Origin: a virus
Lineage: Duplodnaviria; Heunggongvirae; Uroviricota; Caudoviricetes
Strand: one strand, 5' to 3'
IMG/VR virus record: IMGVR_UViG_3300045988_149282
Location: 32,001-96,000 of that record
DNA: 64,000 bases
Part shown: positions 57,378 through 64,000 of the stretch, piece after piece
Position numbering within the stretch: position 1 is the first letter of the stretch
How the letters are laid out: each line of letters starts with the position of its first letter
The notes under the pieces: generated by a model
What the model was told of the DNA's origin: nothing
Seen by the model: only the letters and a program-made list of their open reading frames with translations
Database searches by the model: none
Position numbers and translations under genes: made by a program

Positions 57378-57797
57378 ATGTTTAGTGAAATGTTGCTTGA
57401 AGATGAACTGGATCGGAAAACAACAGAGGCTTTGATTCGTGTAGCGGACGAACATTCCCGGTCGCTTATGAGCGATCGAGAGGCTCGTCTGGCTATTCGT
57501 GCCATATTCGAAACTGCGCAGGGGCTTGTTGGTACACAAGTGGGTGAAGCCATTAACATCGCCATGTCTCAGTTCAGTGAAGGCAGTAAAAAGCCTCTGT
57601 TTCCTATGCATTTGATGCTGGCTGGTGGCACAGTGCTTTATATCTCTGTTTGTCTGGATAGCAACCAAATCAATATTCTCAACACTGTGTCAGGTAAGTG
57701 GAAAGATCCGATTGTCTGTGAAACCAGTGAAGAAACTTTGAAAAAAGCGGCTCAATTTGTACGTAGCGCACTACTTAAGGGCGCTAAGAAGTTGTAA
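57378..57797 (+). CDS. Hypothetical protein (139 aa)
   Basis: ORF; no motif recognised. Confidence 0.5.
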   Translation: MFSEMLLEDELDRKTTEALIRVADEHSRSLMSDREARLAIRAIFETAQGLVGTQVGEAINIAMSQFSEGSKKPLFPMHLMLAGGTVLYISVCLDSNQINILNTVSGKWKDPIVCETSEETLKKAAQFVRSALLKGAKKL

Positions 57798-57806
57798 GGA
57801 GTTCTG

Positions 57807-58364
57807 ATGACAACGATTGTTGCAGGCATCGATATCGAGTCTACGGGACTGGATTTCCTTGCTGGTCATAAAATTATTGAAATCGCAATTACCCGCTATG
57901 AACTGGAGACACAGAGACATATTGATAGTCTGGAGATGCGTTTTAACCCTCGCAGAAACATAGATCCGAAAGCTCAAGCCGTTCATGGCATTTCATTGGA
58001 ACAGCTCGCAGCTGAACCTTTGTTGTCAAATCATGCCAGCGAAATTGGCGCTTATATGGGGGCATGTAGTGTGTGGGTTGCTCATAACGGCGAAGCATTT
58101 GATATACCATTTATTCGACACGAGTTTTCAGGGTATGGAGTAAGACTGCCAGAAGTTCCTGTTATAGATACTATGTTATCGGGATTTTGGGCCACAGAAG
58201 ACGGAAAACGTCCCCGCCTTGAAGAGTTGGCCTTCTCTCTTGGCTTTATATACGATCATGCCAAAGCACATAGTGCCTTATATGACACAAACTTAATGAT
58301 GCAATGCTTCTTTAAGGCACGTAATAAGTACGGATTTTTTAAATTACCCTCTGAAATTGTGTAA
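57807..58364 (+). CDS. DnaQ-like 3'-5' exonuclease (DEDDh), probable proofreading partner of DnaE
   Basis: Exo motifs GIDIESTG (I), AHNGEAFDIPF (II), HSALYDT (III). Confidence 0.75.
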   Translation: MTTIVAGIDIESTGLDFLAGHKIIEIAITRYELETQRHIDSLEMRFNPRRNIDPKAQAVHGISLEQLAAEPLLSNHASEIGAYMGACSVWVAHNGEAFDIPFIRHEFSGYGVRLPEVPVIDTMLSGFWATEDGKRPRLEELAFSLGFIYDHAKAHSALYDTNLMMQCFFKARNKYGFFKLPSEIV

Positions 58365-58377
58365 AACAAAAGCCTAC

Positions 58378-58412
58378 TTTAAAAAGTTTAAAGTAGGCTT
58401 TCTTTTAAAGAA
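58378..58412 (+). terminator. Rho-independent terminator (15-bp stem)
   Basis: AAAGCCTACTTTAAA-aag-TTTAAAGTAGGCTTT followed by CTTTT. Confidence 0.8.
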
Positions 58413-58522
58413 CAGTCGCCTTTCAATCATTTCCTGCCTGTATTTAATACTTTTCCGCCTGATAGGTTTAGTCAAAATGCAGCTATCGAAATGCAAATGT
58501 AACCAAACAGAAGGAGACTTAC

Positions 58523-59332
58523 ATGAGTTCGGTTGAAAATGTAATGACAAATGATGATCTGGACGAGCTGACAGCCATGTTGCAATCACTTGATGAACCA
58601 GTAAAAAAAGCTGCACAGGTTGAAAATACTGATGATATTGACGATCTGTTGCTCGGCCTAGATGCTGGCGTAGCCATGAGTTCTGATGATGTTGCCGAAG
58701 AACTGTTCAATGAAGAAAAAGCAGGTGATTTCAGCTCTGCTTTAAATGAGTTGGAGTTAGCGCATGAGCCTATAAACGTAATTAACGCTGAAAGTGTTGA
58801 AGCTGCCGAAAACGAGCCAGAACAATTGGGATTTATTGAAGTTGAAGAGTGTGTTGAGGTTAATGATGAATTAAAAGTTCAACAGTCAAATGATAGCAAT
58901 ACAAATAAAAAAGCTCGTACTGCAAGAGGTCCTCGTTTTACTTTAAGTGATAAAGATGATTCGTTTTTCAATAAAGCGGGCTTAGAAAAAGATATTTTCT
59001 TAGACGCTTACGATAACGCGCCTGTCAAAGCAAAGGATAAGATATTAAACCTTCTTAATTGGTTTAGCGGAGGTCCAGATATTAGTGTTTACACGGTAAT
59101 TTCCATGAGACACCTTCTCACAGAAAAGAAGGCAACAAGTAATAGTATTAAGATTGCTTTAATGAGCAATCCAGAAAAACCGTATCCGCTTAATACTGCG
59201 TCAACTCAGGCTGGGCAAATGATGGCTGTATTTCCAGCGACAGGAATTGCCGTTAGAGACGGTGGAAATCTAACATTGAACGAAGAATCACCGATCGTTA
59301 AGAAGTTTGTCGCGGAGTACACTATTGGATGA
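58523..59332 (+). CDS. Hypothetical protein with strongly acidic N-terminal half and basic C-terminal half; candidate DNA-mimic/anti-restriction protein
   Basis: AAGGAG ribosome-binding site; first ~120 aa rich in D/E; directly upstream of the Dam-like methyltransferase. Confidence 0.55.
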   Translation: MSSVENVMTNDDLDELTAMLQSLDEPVKKAAQVENTDDIDDLLLGLDAGVAMSSDDVAEELFNEEKAGDFSSALNELELAHEPINVINAESVEAAENEPEQLGFIEVEECVEVNDELKVQQSNDSNTNKKARTARGPRFTLSDKDDSFFNKAGLEKDIFLDAYDNAPVKAKDKILNLLNWFSGGPDISVYTVISMRHLLTEKKATSNSIKIALMSNPEKPYPLNTASTQAGQMMAVFPATGIAVRDGGNLTLNEESPIVKKFVAEYTIG

Positions 59333-59484
59333 CGTTCCCCTACTTAAAATAAAGCCCATAGAGAGCTTTATAGTACTGGGTAAGCCAATCACATACCCAG
59401 CACCACAAAAACGCGCCAGAGAGCTTCTCGTTTGCATTTCTGGCGTGTTTTATTTGATTGCCAGACATAAAATCAAATGCAAAA

Positions 59485-59504
59485 ATAGGTATATACTTAC
59501 CTAT
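59485..59504. promoter_or_regulatory. ATAGGTATATACTTACCTAT palindromic motif upstream of the methyltransferase gene
   Basis: Perfect 7-bp arms ATAGGTA/TACCTAT; class-2 family. Confidence 0.45.
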
Positions 59505-59515
59505 CGAGAAAGAAG

Positions 59516-60109
59516 ATGATTGCAGCCGAAAAAATCAAACAGCGAAAGCGCGACAACTCTCTTCGTGACCTCTGGAGAACACCTGACTGGCTGTTTTCTG
59601 CCATTCAACGTTATCTTGGAGTGACATTTGATGTTGACGTTGCCTGCAACAAGGACAATGCAAAGCTGCCTAATTTCATAGGCGTTGAGCGTGATGCTTT
59701 GAAATCTGAATGGGGACAGCCAGGTACAATTGCCTTCCTCAATCCACCCTACTCCAAAATCTACCCCTGGATTGATGCGGCTATACGTGAGCAGGCTCGC
59801 GGAGTTACAACAGTGATGCTAATTCCTCAATCCCTCGATACAAAGTGGTATGAGCGTGCAACAGAGTGTGCGAATGAGACGATTATTCTGTCTGGTGGCC
59901 GCGTAGCGTTTGTCGAGCCTGACGTAAATCTGGGTCAGGTAGAAGTAAACATCAACCCAGGTGGCAGTATGCTCGTTGTTTTTCGAGGATTCTGTCAGGA
60001 CGCTGGGCACTCTATAAGCAAGATCCCTTTGGACGTCATGAAAAGTCTGGGAGGGTATGATCCTGCGAATGTGATCAGGAAAAAAAGACCATCAAAGAAG
60101 GCTGCTTAG
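59516..60109 (+). CDS. DNA N6-adenine methyltransferase (phage Dam-like)
   Basis: Catalytic NPPY motif (AFLNPPYS); N-terminal RTPDWLFSAI segment; 197 aa. Confidence 0.75.
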   Translation: MIAAEKIKQRKRDNSLRDLWRTPDWLFSAIQRYLGVTFDVDVACNKDNAKLPNFIGVERDALKSEWGQPGTIAFLNPPYSKIYPWIDAAIREQARGVTTVMLIPQSLDTKWYERATECANETIILSGGRVAFVEPDVNLGQVEVNINPGGSMLVVFRGFCQDAGHSISKIPLDVMKSLGGYDPANVIRKKRPSKKAA

Positions 60110-60131
60110 TTTGTTCTGGTGTCTGTAATTA

Positions 60132-60188
60132 GCCTGCTTCTGTATATATAAATAACTACATATTAATTATTAATATACGGAAGAAGGC
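60132..60188. repeat. 55-bp composite palindromic element, copy 2 (GCCTGCTTCTGTATATAT ... ATATACGGAAGAAGGC)
   Basis: Near-identical to the copy at 15001-15055; downstream of the methyltransferase gene. Confidence 0.6.
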
Positions 60189-60294
60189 TGTTTTGTATCA
60201 GAGACTCCAGACCTGAACATCACTACAGAATCCACTAGAACCCCTTCCCAGACGCTTTAAAATCGATTTTATGAACCACTTTAAGGAAACCAAC

Positions 60295-60525
60295 ATGTCA
60301 TACCCGACTAATGTCGTTGCGCTCGTAGAGAGCGATTTTCTGGCCCAGGCTCGTGAAATGATGAAAGATCGTGAGCAGGCTTTCAACTTGTACGAATGGG
60401 CAATTAAGTGCTTGCATCTTGGCGAGCATCGCGAACTTGTTGAACAGCTTTTAGGTGAGTTGATCAATGAGGTGTTTGCCTTGAATGTTCAACTACATGG
60501 TAGAGAAAATAATCAATCACAATGA
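60295..60525 (+). CDS. Hypothetical small protein (76 aa)
   Basis: AAGGAAACC ribosome-binding site then ATG 60295 (ORF-track start 60271 lies upstream in frame). Confidence 0.45.
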   Translation: MSYPTNVVALVESDFLAQAREMMKDREQAFNLYEWAIKCLHLGEHRELVEQLLGELINEVFALNVQLHGRENNQSQ

Positions 60526-60539
60526 TAGATAAGTACAAA

Positions 60540-61045
60540 CTATTCATAAAGTGAATTGTAAGTGCTAAGATCTGATAGTTTCCAGTCGTAGACTGGAGAC
60601 TCGACCTGATGGGTGGGGGTAAGCGTCACTGGCGTCAGGTTTAAAAAAGCTCACTACCAGCGTAGAACTGGTGCCGTTTAGGTGTCGGGGAAGGGGGAAC
60701 CAAAGTGAGCAGAGACAAGGGTCACTTTATGATTGTCGAGTCTGGGGTGTTTCGAGAGGTTGAATCCAGTACTCCCCTTCATAAAGTGTGGGAAGATCTC
60801 GGTTCTGGGGTGCTGTCATCCATAACTTCCCAAGTCTAAGCTGGCAGTAGACTTAGACCATAACTTTTCAGGTTATGAAACGACCAGGTTGGTGAGAGAT
60901 TTTTATACTCACCTCCCTGGGAGAGTATTACCTGAAAAGACAACCTCTCACTTCGTTCGAGGTGAACTTCACTCACTTCGTTCGTTCAGTTCAGGTTTAT
61001 AAAAACCTGTTCTGGGAAGTAATTTGTTTATTTTAATAATTATTA
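60540..61045. other. About 500-bp non-coding region with multiple hairpins and direct repeats; candidate structured RNA, packaging site or lytic origin
   Basis: No credible ORF; hairpins CCAGTC-gtaga-GACTGG and CAGGTTT-ataaa-AACCTG; direct repeat CTCACTTCGTTCG twice; inverted GTCTAAG/CTTAGAC. Confidence 0.4.
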
Positions 61046-61070
61046 ACACGCACGCGTGTGCGCACGCGCG
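61046..61070. repeat. 25-nt perfect alternating purine-pyrimidine tract (ACACGCACGCGTGTGCGCACGCGCG)
   Basis: Read directly; contains the CACGCGTG palindrome; GC-rich in an otherwise AT-rich promoter region before the RNase H gene. Confidence 0.7.
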
Positions 61071-61108
61071 AGGAAAAAATCGGCGCGGCGCTTGATTCAG
61101 GAGTTTAT

Positions 61109-61699
61109 ATGACGACGAAGACACCAGCCCGATCGCAAGCAAAAACTCGCAAAAAAGCCAAAAACAAAAATTCTCCCCGCACCAATCCCACAACGCCTGT
61201 CGTAGAGTTCAATCCCCAGCTCAAAACCGTGAAAATCTTTAGTGATGGCTCTTGCCTTAAAAATCCGGGTGGCCCGGGCGGTTACGGTATCGTTCTCCAG
61301 TATCGTGGTGAGGAACGCGAATTCTCAGATGGTTTTCATAGCACCACCAATAACCGCATGGAGATGATGGGGGCACTTATCGGGCTGGAGCGTTTGAAAT
61401 ATCCATGCAACGTTATTTTGCACTCTGATAGCCAGTATCTGAAAAACGGCATGACACAGTGGATGAAATGGTGGAAACGCAATGGATGGATGACTTCTGA
61501 CAAAAAACCGGTAAAGAATGTTGATCTGTGGAAGCGTCTGGATGAGGCCGCAAGTCGACATAATGTTCGCTGGAAGTGGGTTAAAGGTCACGCCGGGCAT
61601 CGTGAAAATGAAATATGTGATCGACTCGCGAAGATCGCAGCTTTTTCAGCAGCAGATATGCCTCACAAGAAAGATATTGGTTTTGTTTATAACAAATAG
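61109..61699 (+). CDS. rnhA: Ribonuclease HI with basic N-terminal extension
   Basis: CAGGAG ribosome-binding site then ATG 61109; motifs [39 protein letters not shown]. Confidence 0.8.
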   Translation: MTTKTPARSQAKTRKKAKNKNSPRTNPTTPVVEFNPQLKTVKIFSDGSCLKNPGGPGGYGIVLQYRGEEREFSDGFHSTTNNRMEMMGALIGLERLKYPCNVILHSDSQYLKNGMTQWMKWWKRNGWMTSDKKPVKNVDLWKRLDEAASRHNVRWKWVKGHAGHRENEICDRLAKIAAFSAADMPHKKDIGFVYNK

Positions 61700-61718
61700 T
61701 AAGTAAGTGTTTACCTAT
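61696..61718. promoter_or_regulatory. ATAGTAAGTAAGTGTTTACCTAT palindromic motif (class-2 family)
   Basis: Immediately after the RNase H stop. Confidence 0.4.
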
Positions 61719-61847
61719 CATTTCAAATCATGTATCTTATCGGCGTCAGGATGACAATGTGTTGGTAAGACACAGTTCCAGGATGGAACGAGAAAGGCGG
61801 CTGGCAATCGCCAGCCGCAACTCTTTCTGACACTGGATGGAGTCCAC

Positions 61848-62342
61848 ATGGCACGTCAAACCTATTTCACTTCTGTAACTAAACGTCCTCGTTCTTTACG
61901 TCAAATTTTGGCCGAATTATTTAGCGGTCGTGTTATGTCACGTCTTGATGAACTAGAGACTACCGTTCGGTTGCTGAATGAACGTTTAGATAATCAAGCG
62001 TCAGTTGTTGCGAACGTGGGGGCGATTGTTGCCTCTGGTTCTTCACGCGAAGCGAAAAATGCACGGCCTTTAGTGAAGGAGAAAAACAACAAGGACAGTT
62101 CGAATGGAAAATTTTCAAAGAAAGAGGCTGAAACCAATGGCCTACGTTCTCATTATAGTTTCACTGGCGACGGTAGCCGTTCCAGCCGGTCAGAGCCTTT
62201 TGATGCCGGATTCATCCATCACCACACCTTCGTCGACGACAATTACCACCACTCCAGTGGAGCGTCCTGTCACTCTGGATGGGATGGCGGTGGATGCGAT
62301 ACCTCAACTTCATCCAGTTACTCAGGATCATGCTGTGACTAA
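61848..62342 (+). CDS. Hypothetical protein; 3' part may be a non-genic frame extension
   Basis: TGGAG ribosome-binding site then ATG 61848; C-terminal third is low-complexity and overlaps a membrane-protein frame. Confidence 0.4.
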   Translation: MARQTYFTSVTKRPRSLRQILAELFSGRVMSRLDELETTVRLLNERLDNQASVVANVGAIVASGSSREAKNARPLVKEKNNKDSSNGKFSKKEAETNGLRSHYSFTGDGSRSSRSEPFDAGFIHHHTFVDDNYHHSSGASCHSGWDGGGCDTSTSSSYSGSCCD

Positions 62343-62355
62343 GGCGGTTGTATGA
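62137..62355 (+). CDS. Small membrane protein (about 72 aa)
   Basis: AGAGG ribosome-binding site then ATG 62137; N-terminal transmembrane helix; alternative frame to the 3' part of the previous ORF. Confidence 0.4.
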   Translation: MAYVLIIVSLATVAVPAGQSLLMPDSSITTPSSTTITTTPVERPVTLDGMAVDAIPQLHPVTQDHAVTKAVV

Positions 62356-62540
62356 ACTGGTTTTCAAATCACTTTGGAAAAATTTGGCTGGCAATTCTTG
62401 CCCTCATGGCCGCCGGTTGGGTATCGAACATTATAAAACTTGTTTGCTCTGGCGATCTCCAGTTTCAGGCTGGCATGACCTTGGCTCGTGTAGTTGGGAT
62501 TTTTATTTTTCCAGTCGGTTCGGTACTTGGTTATTTCTGA
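62352..62540 (+). CDS. Small membrane protein (62 aa, two transmembrane helices)
   Basis: ATG overlaps upstream stop; two hydrophobic helices. Confidence 0.5.
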   Translation: MNWFSNHFGKIWLAILALMAAGWVSNIIKLVCSGDLQFQAGMTLARVVGIFIFPVGSVLGYF

Positions 62541-62596
62541 CGGTTGTTAGTGCATATGCATTGACCGTCTTTGCGTAAGCAATTTATTTAACTAGA

Positions 62597-62609
62597 AAAC
62601 AACTTGTTT
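62597..62609. promoter_or_regulatory. AAACAA-C-TTGTTT palindromic site
   Basis: 25 nt upstream of the TerB-like gene start. Confidence 0.45.
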
Positions 62610-62633
62610 TGACAAATAACAAAAGGAAAACAC

Positions 62634-63059
62634 ATGTTAGGTTTCTTCAAAAAGAAAACTCGTAAAGCAGTTATCGAAGTCAAAAAAATGGAGAACCGTG
62701 ATGCGGTTGAGGCCACCGTGTGGGGCGCGTACATGATCTCCTATGCCGACGGCACATGTGACGCAAAAGAAATTGCCATTCTTGAGAAGACAATTGCAGC
62801 TCTGCCTGCGTTTTCTCCGTTTGCTGGTGAAATTGCCCAAATGAGCGCCAATATCCGTGCTCGTTACGAAGCGTCCCCTCGTTCTGCTAATGCACAGGCT
62901 ATTCGTGAGCTGTCTGATATTGCGGGTACTCCAGAGGCGGTCGATGTTCTGTGTCTGTGCCTTGATATTGCCGATCAGGATGGCATTGGTGAACAAGAAG
63001 AGCAGGCACTGAAAAAGATCGCCCAGGCGCTTCAGTTGTCACTGGATGCTTATCTCTAA
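62634..63059 (+). CDS. TerB-like protein (tellurite-resistance TerB fold family)
   Basis: Two A-x-A-D-G/Q-D-G ... E ... L repeats (MISYADGTCDAKEIAILE and LDIADQDGIGEQEEQALKKI); 141 aa; conserved leader. Confidence 0.5.
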   Translation: MLGFFKKKTRKAVIEVKKMENRDAVEATVWGAYMISYADGTCDAKEIAILEKTIAALPAFSPFAGEIAQMSANIRARYEASPRSANAQAIRELSDIAGTPEAVDVLCLCLDIADQDGIGEQEEQALKKIAQALQLSLDAYL

Positions 63060-63217
63060 TGCTTGAGAGATTCCGGCTTGTGACCGTCATTGCTCTTCTG
63101 GTGATGGCGGTGTTGGTGGATTTTACGGGAAAGATGATGTCTGTCATTTCTGATGGCCTCCTCATTGGTTTGGCGATCTACTTCGCTTATCCGCTAGTCC
63201 GTAAAGCAACGTGTTAA
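63059..63217 (+). CDS. Small membrane protein (52 aa)
   Basis: Manually read; ATG overlaps the TerB-like stop; two hydrophobic helices; terminator follows. Confidence 0.35.
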   Translation: MLERFRLVTVIALLVMAVLVDFTGKMMSVISDGLLIGLAIYFAYPLVRKATC

Positions 63218-63220
63218 TGA

Positions 63221-63245
63221 CAAGGGCCAAATGGCCCTTGTGTTT
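63221..63245 (+). terminator. Rho-independent terminator
   Basis: CAAGGGCC-aaat-GGCCCTTG followed by TGTTTCGTT. Confidence 0.7.
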
Positions 63246-63325
63246 CGTTGACCGAAATAGAGAGTTTGCACCTTTACGTTTAGCTTGCTCCCCTTTTATG
63301 CCACATCACAATAAAGCCAATAAGA

Positions 63326-63338
63326 AAACAACTTGTTT
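63326..63338. promoter_or_regulatory. AAACAA-C-TTGTTT palindromic site
   Basis: 19 nt upstream of ATG 63357. Confidence 0.45.
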
Positions 63339-63356
63339 AAGCATTAGGAAAAACAC

Positions 63357-63926
63357 ATGTGCAAGAAATGCAAAGCGATAGCTGATGAACAAAACGCCTT
63401 ATTCGAAGAAATGGATGCTAATGAACTGGTCAAAATGTTAGCCATTCTTCGAGGAATAGAAGACGTTTCCATATTTGAGAGAGTGGTTACAGCACTTAAT
63501 TTTGAGTCCACCTTTGAAGAGCCAACTCAGGTTGTAGCTTTAGCACATCATTTCGGTGTTCATTATCTTGCTGAAAAAGAGCGCGCTGATAAGTTGCAGG
63601 CGACTTTGGATATGGTGAGCGAGACTCAACGAACTGATGACACTAACAAGAGTGAGGCGATTATTGCCAGCAAAGATCGTGAAATTGCTGGGCTTAAATC
63701 CTCTCTAACGATGTTGATGTCTGCGTTCAATCTTATGTCTTCTCAGGCGGGTTATAAAATGCCATCACTAAACAGCGATGATCCGATGGCCGTTCGTCAG
63801 CTTTTGGGAGCAATGGCCGACCAACTCGACGACACAAAGAGTCGCCTTGAAGACATGATGCGTGAGTTAAGCCATCGACATAACCTCGCAACACAACCAC
63901 ACAAAGTCTTTCAAAGCTCTAATTGA
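63357..63926 (+). CDS. Hypothetical coiled-coil protein (189 aa)
   Basis: Conserved leader AGGAAAAACAC-ATG; no motif recognised. Confidence 0.55.
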   Translation: MCKKCKAIADEQNALFEEMDANELVKMLAILRGIEDVSIFERVVTALNFESTFEEPTQVVALAHHFGVHYLAEKERADKLQATLDMVSETQRTDDTNKSEAIIASKDREIAGLKSSLTMLMSAFNLMSSQAGYKMPSLNSDDPMAVRQLLGAMADQLDDTKSRLEDMMRELSHRHNLATQPHKVFQSSN

Positions 63927-64000
63927 TCTGATATGGCCGCATGATCGGCCATATTGTGTTGATAAAAACAAGGGTGAAAAATGGCATACGGTACAGGGAT

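Noticed and set aside
59307-59519. 70-aa ORF between the acidic protein and the methyltransferase
   Set aside because: Mostly overlaps the 3' end of the preceding gene out of frame and contains the regulatory palindrome; no ribosome-binding site.
60969-61193. 74-aa antisense ORF across the alternating purine-pyrimidine tract and the RNase H start
   Set aside because: Overlaps a well-supported gene start and a GC-rich repeat; likely spurious.
60540-61699. Possible retron (structured ncRNA next to an RNase H-related gene)
   Set aside because: The downstream gene is a plain RNase HI without a reverse transcriptase palm domain, and the flanking inverted-repeat architecture of retron RNAs was not found.

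Overview
This window reads as a contiguous piece of a large tailed-phage genome that also carries a plasmid-type maintenance replicon, i.e. a phage-plasmid. The gene content resembles what I recall of SSU5/pHCM2-like elements of Enterobacteriaceae, but that is recollection, not a search result. Everything below is manual reading of the sequence and ORF track; no homology search, structure prediction or composition statistics were run. Layout: (1) 1-11.5 kb, the 3' part of a giant modular tail fiber gene (over 2760 aa), a second fiber with a C-terminal intramolecular-chaperone domain, and a lysis cassette (holin-like, putative endolysin, overlapping spanin pair). (2) 11.7-15 kb, two unknown genes, a ParA/ribbon-helix-helix partition pair and an antisense GIY-YIG-like nuclease gene. 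(3) 15-22 kb, replication genes (DnaB-like helicase, primase, ATP-dependent ligase) and small membrane proteins. (4) 22.8-23.5 kb, four tRNA genes (Asn, Tyr, Thr, Ser) among long hairpin elements. (5) 23.6-28.5 kb, an AT-rich accessory islet (repeat-flanked lipoprotein gene, antisense membrane-anchored 431-aa protein), a glutaredoxin, a tyrosine recombinase and an antisense XRE-type regulator. (6) 28.5-41 kb, a CobT-like vWA protein with an AAA+ ATPase, DnaE-type Pol III alpha, gp32-like SSB, flap endonuclease, RecA-like recombinase and an SPFH lipoprotein. (7) 42.5-44.4 kb, a P1/RepFIB-like replicon: 12 control iterons, antisense repA, 5 origin iterons phased at about 21 bp, a GATC cluster and a DnaA box. 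(8) 45-58 kb, SbcCD-like nuclease, RuvC-like resolvase, NrdAB, a MazG-like domain protein, ThyA, DHFR, a P-loop kinase and a DnaQ-like exonuclease. (9) 58.5-64 kb, an acidic protein next to a Dam-like methyltransferase, a roughly 500 bp structured non-coding region, RNase H, small membrane proteins and a TerB-like protein. No CRISPR array, reverse transcriptase or known multi-gene defence system was recognised. The best candidates for undescribed biology are the AT-rich islet at 23.6-25.9 kb, the acidic-protein/Dam pair, the GIY-YIG gene with its twin 55-bp palindromes, the SPFH pair, and two dispersed palindromic motif families that look like a repressor regulon.
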